Below are positions 38,651-48,941 of a DNA stretch of 64,000 bases, in pieces (positions within the stretch are counted from its first letter, which is position 1; every line of letters starts with the position of its first letter). Source of the stretch: an uncultured delta proteobacterium. GTDB taxonomy: Bacteria > Desulfobacterota > BSN033 > UBA1163. The translations under genes were made by a program, and so were the position numbers. The stretch is from positions 83,431-147,430 of the forward strand of contig CAVPSJ010000020.1 of assembly GCA_963708295.1 (NCBI GenBank). The letters are read 5' to 3'. The notes below the pieces were generated by a model. The model worked only from the letters and a program-made list of their open reading frames with translations, did not search any database and had not been told where the DNA came from.

Positions 38651-39087
38651 GGTCCTCTCCTTTTTTGATGCTGATTTTTTCAAGCCTTTGCCTCTGCGAG
38701 GTTTGGTCGAATGTTCATGGGGGGTGTTACGTTTTTTAACTGACAAGCCGGGGGAACGAAACCTTGGTTAAATATCACAGAGCCTTATTCCGCTTTAGAA
38801 TTCAAGGGATTCAAGAACGTTCGGATGATGTCATATCATAATATCTTTTGGGATGTCAAGCACTAATTTGATGCTCGCCCAGCCCCAGTTTTTCTTCAGT
38901 ACACAGAATGGTTATCGACCCGGAGGGCCTTTGGAATGCGGCCATGATTGGATATTGGGGGGAGCTCGTCGGTATCAACCCTCAAGGCTTGGTATGGGTC
39001 TGGGACTCCTTCCCGAGATTGCTCGAGAGGTGGCCGCCCCAAAAGCTTCTCCAACCCGCCCGCTGGGTCCTGATGATGGGAGACCCT

Positions 39088-39136
39088 TAACTCCCCTTCA
39101 TCCCCCCTTAATTAAGGGGGGCACAGAGGGGGGTTA
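39088..39136. repeat. REP-like TAAC..CCCCCTT/AAGGGGG..GTTA palindrome
   Basis: Related copies at ~51985-52073 and 57189-57232. Confidence 0.65.
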
Positions 39137-39283
39137 GTTAAGGTTCCTAGCAGCGATAGTAGAATTTAAATATCATTGCGGGTCTGATATCACGGCGCCT
39201 CGGGGACAGAAAGTCGAAGGGTTGATTTTTTGGCACGAGTGGAATATAAGTAAGTCTATCCGAAGAAAGAAAGGGGAGGCAGG

Positions 39284-40271
39284 ATGAAAATTGATTTTCA
39301 CAACCATTTCTATCCACCCGGGTACCTGGAGAAGTTTGAACAATGGGGGCGGCGTCGTTTTGAATTTGTGCCGGGCAAAGACGGATTGAAGATCGTGAAG
39401 CAGAAAGGAGCCCGTTTCCTGGCGATCACTCCTCAGCACGTGAGCGTGGATCAGCGACTTGAGGATATGGATCGCCTTGGAATCGACATGGAGGTTCTCA
39501 CGTTAACGTCGCCCAGTGTCTACTTTTCCACGAGGAGAAGGAACCAGTACCTTGCTAAAATGTCGAACGATTTTTTTGCTGATCTCTGCCAAAAGTATCC
39601 CCGCCGGTTTTCTGCTTTTGCGAGCGTTCCGCTCGCCCATCCGGACGACGCTGTTGAGGAGCTGTCATCGGGCCGTCAACGACTTGGGGATGAAAGGGGT
39701 CGTCCTGGGTTCAAACATTGGCGGGAAACACCTTCACTTGAAAGAATTCTGGCCTTTCTACAAAGAGGTGGACCGAATGAACCTGCCCATTTTCATCCAT
39801 CCCATGGTGCCGGCTCATCCGGAATCGTTTGCGGAGTTTGTTCTCGTCCCATTGGTGGGATTTTGCATGGATACCACCGTGACGGTGGCGAAGATGGTCT
39901 TTTCAGGTCTTTTCGAGAAATACCCAAATCTCACCCTGATCCTCCCCCATTTGGGAGGAACCCTTCCGTTTCTGTTTGAAAGGATCGATGCCGGATACAA
40001 GTCTTATGTGGAGTGCCAACCGCATATTACGAAGCCCCCCAGTGATTATCTCAAGAAGTTCTATTATGATACGGTTTCCTTCTATACCCCGGCCCTGATG
40101 TGCACTTACCTGGCAGTGGGGGCAGATCACATGGTCATGGGAAGCGATTATCCCCATGTGATCGGCGACATCACTCGCTCCGTCTCTTCCATCCTGGATT
40201 TGGACATTTCTCAGGAAGAGAAAGAGAAGATTCTCGGAGAAAACGCGAAAAAGATCCTGAAGCTATCGTGA
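39284..40271 (+). CDS. Amidohydrolase_2 family (ACMSD/LigW-like decarboxylase; frameshift ~39665)
   Basis: KIDFHNH, IFIHP, PHLGG, YYDT, MGSDYPH. Confidence 0.85.
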
Positions 40272-40533
40272 AGGAGAATGCAGAAAGACAAAAGGAGAAG
40301 TCGTCTTGCCCAGGATGAGAAGCTCACAGGAGTTGTCCGCCTCGAACGGGCGGACAAACCTCGGCGACCGGTGAAATACGTCTTCAGGCAGGTTTCCCCT
40401 CACCCCGTGATGACGGGGAATGCATCTTTTTGGGCTGGGTGCTCGTGAAGAATCAGAAGGTTTTTCTTAAATGCTCCATTGAAAAATTCCCCTTCCATGA
40501 TATCCCGGAAACGATCTTTCGCAGAGTGCTTGA

Positions 40534-41265
40534 TCAAGGTCTTTTTTGAGATTTTCTTAGGGGGCGCCCCGTAGCCATGGACCATTTTTCCCACCACCTT
40601 TCTTTGAGTTTATCCTTTCTCCCATTCGTGTCTTCTTCGCCTAGGTCAGGCCGTGCATATCGTATCTCCAAGCCATGAGCACTTGCGTAATCCCTGGCAA
40701 TGTTCAGTAATGCTTCGTAGGCCTCTGGAGGAGTCCAATCATGGTGGAAGGCTAGGAGCATCTGAAGCCAGGTGACTGGCGATACACCCCTCTCGAGAAG
40801 GCGCTGAACGGCAGTCTGATGGGCTCCAAGGCTTACGTCCCCGCATGCGTCCACGACCATAAAGACTTCATATCCGAGCTGTCGGGCCTGCTCGACGCTG
40901 GGGACGACGCCGAAATCCGTCCATAAACCGGCGATCACCAGCTTATTGCGGCCGATCTTCTCCATTGCGGTGAGAAACCGGGTGTCTTCAAAGGGGCTTA
41001 AGGTGGTTCGGTCGATGGGATTCTGGTCGGGAAAGATTTCCTGAAGTTCTGGAAAGACGGGGCCGCCGAGGTTCGATTCTCCGATCGTCGTCAGCAGAGT
41101 GGGGATGTTAAAGATCCTCGCAATCTTTGCAAGGTTGATCGCATTGCGAACAAGGATATCTTTATTGATGGAACCGATGGTTAAGGCATACCGGGGTTGA
41201 TAGTCCATCAGGATCACAGTGCAGTTATTTGGGGCGAGTCGGCCATCGATAGGTTGTAAAATCAT
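40534..41265 (-). CDS. Isochorismatase-like hydrolase, YcaC-related
   Basis: ILMDYQP, IPTLLTT, LVIAGLWTD, VVDACGD; the position of the usual nucleophile Cys reads FG. Confidence 0.8.
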   Translation of the reverse strand: MILQPIDGRLAPNNCTVILMDYQPRYALTIGSINKDILVRNAINLAKIARIFNIPTLLTTIGESNLGGPVFPELQEIFPDQNPIDRTTLSPFEDTRFLTAMEKIGRNKLVIAGLWTDFGVVPSVEQARQLGYEVFMVVDACGDVSLGAHQTAVQRLLERGVSPVTWLQMLLAFHHDWTPPEAYEALLNIARDYASAHGLEIRYARPDLGEEDTNGRKDKLKERWWEKWSMATGRPLRKSQKRP

Positions 41266-41429
41266 AGGATCCTTTTAGACTTTTTATATTGGTCCTGAGT
41301 ATAGTATTGAAGAAGTCGGACTTGCCATTTCAGGATTCGAATCTTGATCTTCGTAACCATCTTATGTCTCTCCTTATCGAATCAATGCATCTCCGCCGGG
41401 GCTTGCTTGTTCGGAGCGGTTCGCTCGCG

Positions 41430-41786
41430 CTATTCGAGGATGGTGTTTTGGGGTGGGGTGATCTCCGCTTCTTCATCCGCCGCGAAGGATCTGCCTAAAC
41501 ACGCATCCACCATTCCAATAAGCCGAGTGGCGCTGGAGAGGAGGTCCTCCATTCGATTTGCCACCTCCTCATCCATATTTCCATAGTATCCCCGGGTCAG
41601 GAGCTTAAGCGTCGCCAGCATGGAAAGAAGCGAGCCTCGGATGTCCTGCGACATCATCTCCAGGAGATTCAAAAGGGTTTCTTCTGAGCCCGATGCTAAT
41701 CCTTCCGGAGCATGATCCTGGAGGAGTCTCGAGTCGTGGAGGCTTCGGGAATCGCTGCCTCCCGACGAAATGACAGGGTGGATCAT
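41430..41786 (-). CDS. Stand-alone HisKA-like helical protein lacking the phospho-His
   Basis: MMSQDIRGSLLSM (H>Q) ..LLTRGYYG; GGAGG SD. Confidence 0.6.
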   Translation of the reverse strand: MIHPVISSGGSDSRSLHDSRLLQDHAPEGLASGSEETLLNLLEMMSQDIRGSLLSMLATLKLLTRGYYGNMDEEVANRMEDLLSSATRLIGMVDACLGRSFAADEEAEITPPQNTILE

Positions 41787-41838
41787 CGGGTTACCTCCTC
41801 ATTCCTTCATCCCCTTTTCAGGAAGGAGAGACTGCGAT

Positions 41839-42210
41839 TCAGCGGTCTCTCAGAATGGACTCCACTAATACCAAAATCCCTTCGCGGCTTGAAGAACCTT
41901 TCGCAAGAAAATGGTTCGCTCTGGCTTTCACCGCCGCCTCCCGATATTCCGGGGTATCGTAACTCGTCAGAACAACAACCACCACCTGAGGGTATTCGGC
42001 TTTTATTTTGGCGGTGAGATCCAGGCCGTTTTCCCCGGGGAGTTTGATGTCCATGAAGATCAGGTCGGGGTGATGGGCCGTCACTTGTCGCTTCGCTTCC
42101 TCCCCATCTGCCGCTTCAAAAACCTCCATCGACGGGAATCGAGATTGCAGAGTTTCTTTGAGCAATGTTCGGAAGATCGTGCTGTCCTCTACAATTAATA
42201 CTCTGGGCAC
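41839..42210 (-). CDS. Single-domain response regulator
   Basis: VLIVEDS, DLIFMDIKLP, LTS, FLAK. Confidence 0.88.
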   Translation of the reverse strand: MPRVLIVEDSTIFRTLLKETLQSRFPSMEVFEAADGEEAKRQVTAHHPDLIFMDIKLPGENGLDLTAKIKAEYPQVVVVVLTSYDTPEYREAAVKARANHFLAKGSSSREGILVLVESILRDR

Positions 42211-42226
42211 GTGGATCTGGCCTCCT

Positions 42227-42622
42227 CTAGGGTGAACCGTTTGGATTTGAATCATCTTGTTCCAGTTGCGGATGGGATGAAATGGAATTGATCAATTTAA
42301 GAAAGGAGTCCTTTGAGATAAAATGATCAGCTCCAGATTGGAACGCCGCCTCCCGGTATTCGGGTAAATCATAATTTGTGATGATGACGACAATGGTGTC
42401 AGGATATTGGGCCTTTATTTTTTGTGTGAGTTCAAGGCCGTTTGCCCCGGGCAATCGAAGGTCCGTAAAGATGGTATCGGGCAAGAAGGTTTCCATTCTC
42501 ATCAACGCTTCCTCCCCGTTCTTTGCATCGAGAATATCAAGCGAAGGCAGTCGGGCGTGAAGGGTTTCTTTAAGAAATTGCAGGAAATAGACGTTGTCCT
42601 CAACAAGGAGTATGCGTTTCAT
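42227..42622 (-). CDS. Single-domain response regulator
   Basis: ILLVEDN, DTIFTDLRLP, ITN, FISK. Confidence 0.88.
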   Translation of the reverse strand: MKRILLVEDNVYFLQFLKETLHARLPSLDILDAKNGEEALMRMETFLPDTIFTDLRLPGANGLELTQKIKAQYPDTIVVIITNYDLPEYREAAFQSGADHFISKDSFLKLINSISSHPQLEQDDSNPNGSP

Positions 42623-42871
42623 ATTTGGCCGGATTGATTCTTTTCCCCTGTCCGTCACCCCAACACTTTACTATTGTCTGCAAACATGGTAAATAGGGTG
42701 TACACTGTAGATTGTGAGCTTTCGTACCGTATTTTCACTTTTCCCCTTCTCCCAGAGGGGAAAAAACAGAGGCAAATCAGGGGGGATGGGACCAAGAACA
42801 ACCTCGTTTGTATCAGGAAAGAATGTCTGCCGGCAGGAAGAGACAGCAAAAAACGGAGGTGGGTTGAAATC

Positions 42872-43531
42872 ATGAGCCAAAAAATTCGAATCGTTGTCGC
42901 TGAAGACCATACCATTCTCAGGGAGGGATTACGGTCACTCCTTTGTTCCAATCCAGGTTTCGAGGTTGTGGCGGAGGCAGAAAACGGCCGGGAAGCCATC
43001 AAGTGCGTTTCGAAATTCAAACCCGACCTCATCCTGACGGATCTCTCTATGCCAAAGTTGAATGGGATGGAGGCGATCAAGGAGATCAAGAGGGAATCCC
43101 CCGAGACGAAGATTCTGGTCTTGACGGTTCACAGGGCTGAAGAATACATTTTTGCTACCTTCCGGGCCGGAGCGGATGGGTATATCTTGAAAGATTCCAC
43201 GCATGCCGAGTTGGCGATGGCCGTCAAGAAGGTCTTAAGCGGGAAACACTATATTAGCCCTGAAATCTCCGAAAAGGTGATTGAGGGGTATTTGGAAGGA
43301 AAGAAAACGTTAAAAGTCCGTACATCCTGGGAAAACCTGACTCAACGCGAGAGAGAAATCCTGAAGTTGATTGCCGAGGGGTACAAGAACAAAGAGATTG
43401 CAGAGGACCTTTGCATCAGCGTGAAGACGGTGGAGAAACATCGGGCCAACCTCATGGAGAAATTGGACCTTCACAACATCCAGGCGCTGACCACCTTTGC
43501 CATCGAAAAAGGAATCGTCAGTAGAGAATGA
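42872..43531 (+). CDS. NarL/FixJ family response regulator
   Basis: REC domain plus LuxR HTH (LTQREREILKL..ISVKTVEKHRANLMEKL). Confidence 0.93.
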   Translation: MSQKIRIVVAEDHTILREGLRSLLCSNPGFEVVAEAENGREAIKCVSKFKPDLILTDLSMPKLNGMEAIKEIKRESPETKILVLTVHRAEEYIFATFRAGADGYILKDSTHAELAMAVKKVLSGKHYISPEISEKVIEGYLEGKKTLKVRTSWENLTQREREILKLIAEGYKNKEIAEDLCISVKTVEKHRANLMEKLDLHNIQALTTFAIEKGIVSRE

Positions 43532-43572
43532 GAGAGAGATGTCCCCGCGTCACTCTATCTCCCTGTCAGATT

Positions 43573-46500
43573 CTACAATGTCCAGCTTGCTCTGACGGTG
43601 GTCCCTTTTCCTTGGGTCGATTCAATTGCAAAAGTCCCTCCCGAAAGTTCCGCTCGTTCTTTCATGCTGCCAAGCCCCAATCCCCTCTTCGACCGTTCCG
43701 AAGAGAGAACGTATTCTAAGTCGAATCCCATCCCGTTATCTTCAATGCTCCACTCTATTTTGTTCTCCTGCTTTTTGAGCGAAAGACGAACGAGGTCGGC
43801 CTGGCTGTGTTTGGCGATGTTGTTCATGGCTTCCTGCGTCAGTCGGTAGAGCACCACCTTCAGGGGGATAGAGACTTCACTTTCCTCGAGGGAGATCTCT
43901 TTTTCGATACGAATGCGAGAGTAGATTCTCTGATATTCCCGGCAGAACCACCCGAGGGTGGCCAGGACCCCCAGGTCATCCAGGGTGGAGGGGCGCAAAT
44001 CCATCTGCATCCTTCGTACTTCTTCAATAGTCTCCTTAATCATTGGAATAATCGCTTCCAGTGATTTGCCTTTCGCTCCGACCTTCCCTTTCCCCATCTC
44101 TTGAACGGTATTCTCCACTTTGAATTTGATCGCTGTCAACATCTGTCCGATGCCGTCATGGAGTTCCAAAGCAATCCGCTTTCTTTCACTTTCCTGGGCG
44201 GTCAAGAGCTGGGAGGAGAGAGCGCGAAGTCGAACTTCCGATTCCTTTAATGCCTCCTCGGCTCTTTTCCGCTCCGTGATATCCCGCGCGGCTGCGAAAA
44301 CTCCTTGAATTTCACCGGCTTCATTCCGGTAAATGGTGGCGTTGTATAAAACGTCGGTGATCATCCCCGACCTGTGTCGAATGGCAAGGGGATAATCCCG
44401 GGCCGTCCCTTTCAAGAAGGCGGTCTGGTAGCCCTCTCTCGCCTTGTCGGGGTCGGCGAAGTAATTCGAGAAGTCGCTTCCGATCAGCTGTTCACGGGTG
44501 ACGCCGGTCGCCAGTTCCGTAGCGCTGTTTACGTCCGTTACTTTTCCTTCAGAGTTAATGGTGAGGAGAGGATCAAGGCTTGCCTCGATCAGACTCCGGT
44601 TGTATTGGTGGGCGGCCCTTAGAGCCTCTTCGGCTCGCTTCCGTTCGGTAATGTCGATGCCCATCTCCAGGACGCTGACGGATCCGTCCGTGTCCGTAAA
44701 AGGAAAGTCTGAGACATCGTAAATGCGGCCGTCCGGGCCGGTCCACTCCCAGTGGTGGGGCGCGATGGTTTTCAGAACCGTGTAGGTTTCGCAAATCTCG
44801 CAGGGCTCGCTGCGGTTGAATAGATACTCGAAGCAGCGATTGCCGTGGGATTCACCGAAACGTTCCCGGAAGAAGCGGTTGGCAAAGGGCACGTGATAAT
44901 CCGGCGTCAACAGGACCAGGTAAGCAGGCAGCATTTCCAGGACGTCATAGAACCGCTGCCGTTCTCTTTTGATGGCTTCGTCGGCTTGCTTGCGCTTGGT
45001 CACGTCCTCCAGGGAGAACACGAGATACTCTACCTCACCCGTATCATCTAATATGGGAGTTAGGGTCCAGTCCCAATAACTTGTCCCCCACTCCGGATGA
45101 TCGGGAAAGCTGAAAGGTCTCGCAGCGGCCAGATAAGGCTTTTTGGTCTGGACAACCTGATCGAATTTGACCTTGGCGTCAGAGGGGTAGAATTCAAAAT
45201 GGTTATGCCCGGGGAATTCTGACACTGCCCTGTGACAGGCATTGGCATACGCTTCGTTCACACGTATAAAATTAAAATCTCTGTCGAGAATGACAAAAGG
45301 AGTGATGCTGAATTTGAAGAAGAAATCTAAAACTCTTGACTGCTCTCTTGCTTTCTTCGTTCTTTCCTGAACCCGTACCTCTAGCTCATCACGGGATTTG
45401 CGGAGTTCCTCCTCCATCTGCTTTCGCTCGGTGATGTCCTGCATAAAGCCTACCAACTGGCCTTCTCCAATATCCAGCCAGGTGGAATTGACCTCCACGT
45501 CAATGATGGAGCCGTCCTTCCGGCGATGTCGAGAAACAAAACAGTCGGACTGTTTTTGTCGAAGGGCCAGGATGTGGTTCTGCACATTCGCCGGATTCTC
45601 ATCCGCTTCCACATCCGCAATCGATAGAGTTAGGAGTTCCTTACGGGTATAGCCAAGCATTCGGCAGAGGGCGTCATTGACCTCGAGGAGCTTGCCCTGC
45701 ACGTCCGTGATCCAGAATCCGCTGAGTGTGGTGGCGAGGATCTTCGAGTATTTCATCTCAGCTTCCCGGTTCGCGCTGATGTCTTGGATGGCGACTGCGC
45801 TCCCGATGATCTGGCCGTGACCGTCGAGAATAGGGGCGGCACTGTTCAGGACAAAGCCGCGTGTGCCATCGAACCGCTCGATTTGCATCAACTGCCCAAC
45901 TACAGTTTCTTTTTTCTGCACGGCGCGTGCCGAGGCCCATTCTTCTGGCTTGACCGGTTTGCCTGTTTCCTCCCACCACGCTTTGTAGGCGGCGTAATCG
46001 CTGACGGACACTGTCGTCGGCCGCGGACTGCCCCAGATCTGTTCAAAGGTATGGTTTGACCGGATATGGGCACCCTGGGGATCGGTGATGGAAACACCCA
46101 CCGGCAGAGCTTCCATCATTGCCTCTAGGCGGTACCTCTCATTCTCTGCCTCCACGCGCAATCTCTCACTCTCCTCCTCCGCCCGTTTGCGCTCGGTGAT
46201 GTCAAAGCAGTAGATCCGTAATCGGGTTCCTTCCATAACAGAATGTATGGTTTGTTGGTACCAGCGGTCCCCGACTCTTAACTCGCGGACATATGTTTCT
46301 ATCACCCCGGTTTTCAACGTTTCGCTTATTTTCTCCAAATCCATCAGCCATGGGTGATTCAATCCGGCCTTCTTTAGGTCGGGAAATAACCGTTCCGCAG
46401 CAGAATTAGAATATTCAACATGTCCGGCCCGATCAACTTCGACAACAGGGTTTGGGTTCAGTTGAGGGAAGGACGCAAGTCGAGTAAGCTCTGCCTCCAT

Positions 46501-46977
46501 CTGCTTGCGCTCGGTGATATCCGTCAACGTCACCACACAACCATAAATCCTTCCATGCCGGTTCGTGAGGGGTCTTGCACTGAGTAGAAAATGGAAACCT
46601 TCGCCGTCCCTTTGTAAAATAACCTCTTCCCTTCTAAAGATGTTGCCACTCAGAACGTTTGAAACAGAGAAGTCTTTATTTCGTAGAGGGTTCGGGGAAG
46701 AAAAACGGAGTTTCACGATCTCATCAAAGGGGCTTAGCAGGAAATTTCCTCCGATGTAACGATGCGTCCCTTCGCTTGCCAGGGAAACCCTCCCATATTC
46801 GTCGCACACGATAGTCATATCGGTTGCCTGGTCGAGGATGGAACGTGCTGTTATCTCAGAAGATTGGGCCTGTTCTCCAGGAATTGTGCAGAGCTTCTTC
46901 TCCGTTTCTTTAAGTTCGGCCCGGAGTTGATCGATCTCTTTCATCAGTTCTGCCTTTGTTTGGGTGGAAGCTTTCAT
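43573..46977 (-). CDS. Cytoplasmic multi-PAS sensor histidine kinase, HisKA_3 type
   Basis: Repeated DITERK PAS-PAC junctions; ERKRIALELHDGIGQ; QEAMNNIAKH, DNGMGF, GLGLGSMKER. Confidence 0.93.
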   Translation of the reverse strand: MKASTQTKAELMKEIDQLRAELKETEKKLCTIPGEQAQSSEITARSILDQATDMTIVCDEYGRVSLASEGTHRYIGGNFLLSPFDEIVKLRFSSPNPLRNKDFSVSNVLSGNIFRREEVILQRDGEGFHFLLSARPLTNRHGRIYGCVVTLTDITERKQMEAELTRLASFPQLNPNPVVEVDRAGHVEYSNSAAERLFPDLKKAGLNHPWLMDLEKISETLKTGVIETYVRELRVGDRWYQQTIHSVMEGTRLRIYCFDITERKRAEEESERLRVEAENERYRLEAMMEALPVGVSITDPQGAHIRSNHTFEQIWGSPRPTTVSVSDYAAYKAWWEETGKPVKPEEWASARAVQKKETVVGQLMQIERFDGTRGFVLNSAAPILDGHGQIIGSAVAIQDISANREAEMKYSKILATTLSGFWITDVQGKLLEVNDALCRMLGYTRKELLTLSIADVEADENPANVQNHILALRQKQSDCFVSRHRRKDGSIIDVEVNSTWLDIGEGQLVGFMQDITERKQMEEELRKSRDELEVRVQERTKKAREQSRVLDFFFKFSITPFVILDRDFNFIRVNEAYANACHRAVSEFPGHNHFEFYPSDAKVKFDQVVQTKKPYLAAARPFSFPDHPEWGTSYWDWTLTPILDDTGEVEYLVFSLEDVTKRKQADEAIKRERQRFYDVLEMLPAYLVLLTPDYHVPFANRFFRERFGESHGNRCFEYLFNRSEPCEICETYTVLKTIAPHHWEWTGPDGRIYDVSDFPFTDTDGSVSVLEMGIDITERKRAEEALRAAHQYNRSLIEASLDPLLTINSEGKVTDVNSATELATGVTREQLIGSDFSNYFADPDKAREGYQTAFLKGTARDYPLAIRHRSGMITDVLYNATIYRNEAGEIQGVFAAARDITERKRAEEALKESEVRLRALSSQLLTAQESERKRIALELHDGIGQMLTAIKFKVENTVQEMGKGKVGAKGKSLEAIIPMIKETIEEVRRMQMDLRPSTLDDLGVLATLGWFCREYQRIYSRIRIEKEISLEESEVSIPLKVVLYRLTQEAMNNIAKHSQADLVRLSLKKQENKIEWSIEDNGMGFDLEYVLSSERSKRGLGLGSMKERAELSGGTFAIESTQGKGTTVRASWTL

Positions 46978-47535
46978 AGAAATATCCTCATCTAAAAATA
47001 GGAACACATCCCATTTTCCCTTTTCTTCCAAGATCGCCTTGCATTCCTATTATAAATTTTAGAATTCGTGTAGAGGGTTCCTTAAGGGTTGAGTAATGCT
47101 CTTCAATTCATACAAAAACCTATCAGTGAGGTCCGGATAATATCGAAGAATGAATCATTCAGCAATCGGTTTGACCCACGGGGGATGGCAGAGCAAAGTG
47201 GATATTACATCCAACTCAAAGGACAAGCCCTGGGCCATGAGTCTACCGAAGGGCTCGGCATCCCGAGCGAAGTCGAGGGATACGCGAGAGGTGGAAGGGA
47301 GCCCCAATGGATCGTCAGGGTAAAAAAAACCAACAATTTATCATATGCTTTAGGCAACGAATGTCAAGACATTTCTCAGGGTAAACACCCAGGAATGTGG
47401 GAAAATCCCCCTTGACTTTTTGTTCCTCAAGGCCTGAGAATATTTCATAGGGAAGGTCGCAACTGAACATGGTGAAGAAGGATAAGAGAAGTATAAGAAA
47501 TGTTCGGACAAGGAGAGTACCGAAAGGAGGACGAC

Positions 47536-47754
47536 ATGCGGAGCTATCGACGTTTGAGCTCTCCGGATGAGATACTGGACGCCGCATTGGCCAAGGAGCT
47601 TCAAGCCCGTACATTCTACTCCAGGCTCGCAGAGCAGTGTCAGATCGAAATGGTAAAGGAATTGCTCGAAAAACTGAAAGATGAAGAGAACAAACATGTG
47701 AAGATGGTCGAAGACATGATGGCGTCCCTGAGACTCGGACGCAGCCCGGTATGA
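47536..47754 (+). CDS. Short ferritin/rubrerythrin-like protein (half bundle)
   Basis: ALAKELQARTFY..LKDEENKH; AGGAGG SD. Confidence 0.75.
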   Translation: MRSYRRLSSPDEILDAALAKELQARTFYSRLAEQCQIEMVKELLEKLKDEENKHVKMVEDMMASLRLGRSPV

Positions 47755-48082
47755 GCGCCCATTCGGGCCATAGAAGCGCGGTTTCATAGCGTGGCAGGGG
47801 AAGCTCCTGCTATCCCGCCGGCAGGCTGGATGCCATCCGGACGGAAAACCGGCCGTTCCAAAGTGAAATCGCTAAAGAATGAGAAACATTTTTCACATTT
47901 CTTAGAAGGGATTCGGGACTTTCATGGAAGTCTCTTCTCCTTTGAATGAGAGCCAAATCAAGTCGATTAAAGGAATTGTCATTAAATCATGGGTACTTAC
48001 GACGATGAAGAGATCTTGGCATTAAATATGCTCATTGCTAAACCATCAGCTCAATTCCCTGAAAGAACAGAGGTAACAGAGC

Positions 48083-48268
48083 ATGGTGGCTTATGAATTC
48101 TACTTACACGATGACGATATGGAGGAATTTCATTTACTTGGCATTTTGCCGGAGAGGAGGAAGGACCCATTAAGAATAACCCAGGAATCAATCGTGAAGT
48201 GGGGCCATTTGGTTGCCGGCGATAGCATTGACGTTCGGAATATGTACTTTATCCAAATCGAAATATAG
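48083..48268 (+). CDS. Small hypothetical protein
   Basis: GAGG SD; MVAYEFY..LGILPERRKDP.RIT.ESI..WG. Confidence 0.65.
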   Translation: MVAYEFYLHDDDMEEFHLLGILPERRKDPLRITQESIVKWGHLVAGDSIDVRNMYFIQIEI

Positions 48269-48941
48269 GGAGGAACGCGTTCAGTTAAGACTTCTTGAAT
48301 GAAGAATGGTTGACAGAACAAAGGCAGGTCAGAAAGGACTCTGCCTTTTTTGTTTGGAAAAATTCCTGCCTGGAGATGATTTTTCAAATCCTGCAGCAAT
48401 GCTCCTGCGTTGCGCATCCCATCCTGCTTTTTTTGCTGTTGGGTCAATGAGTCTTTGTCGGATCAAGAGAAAGCCATCCTCGACTCACCTTCGAAATCGA
48501 AAAAAGTTCAAAAGTGGATCCAGCGAACAAAAATAAACATTGTTTTGTTTGTTTTGGTCATAGTATTTTTCCGGAGAGACAGGGGTAAAAATCGAAATAA
48601 TTATTTTGGATCAGCAAGTTGCAAATAAGTTTTGTAATCTGGTATGAAAAATGCTGGCTCGTATGCAAGTCCACAAGTCCAATGGATGATCGTCTATGTA
48701 ATTATAGCGATTGACCGGAATGTGCCCCGTATGCCAAAGCGGAATAGGCGGGGTCAAGTCGATCAGACCCGACCACAGGGGGGGCACACTATGAACGAAA
48801 CTTCCTTTGCTGGCATTCGGCTCCCCACTGCGTGCCCGGGAAGCTCTTCGACAACCTCAGAGCCGTGAGATCTGTCGAACGGCCCCGCCCTTTGCCGTAG
48901 GCAGGGTGGGGAACTTCACTTGCTGAACCAGGAGTTCATCG

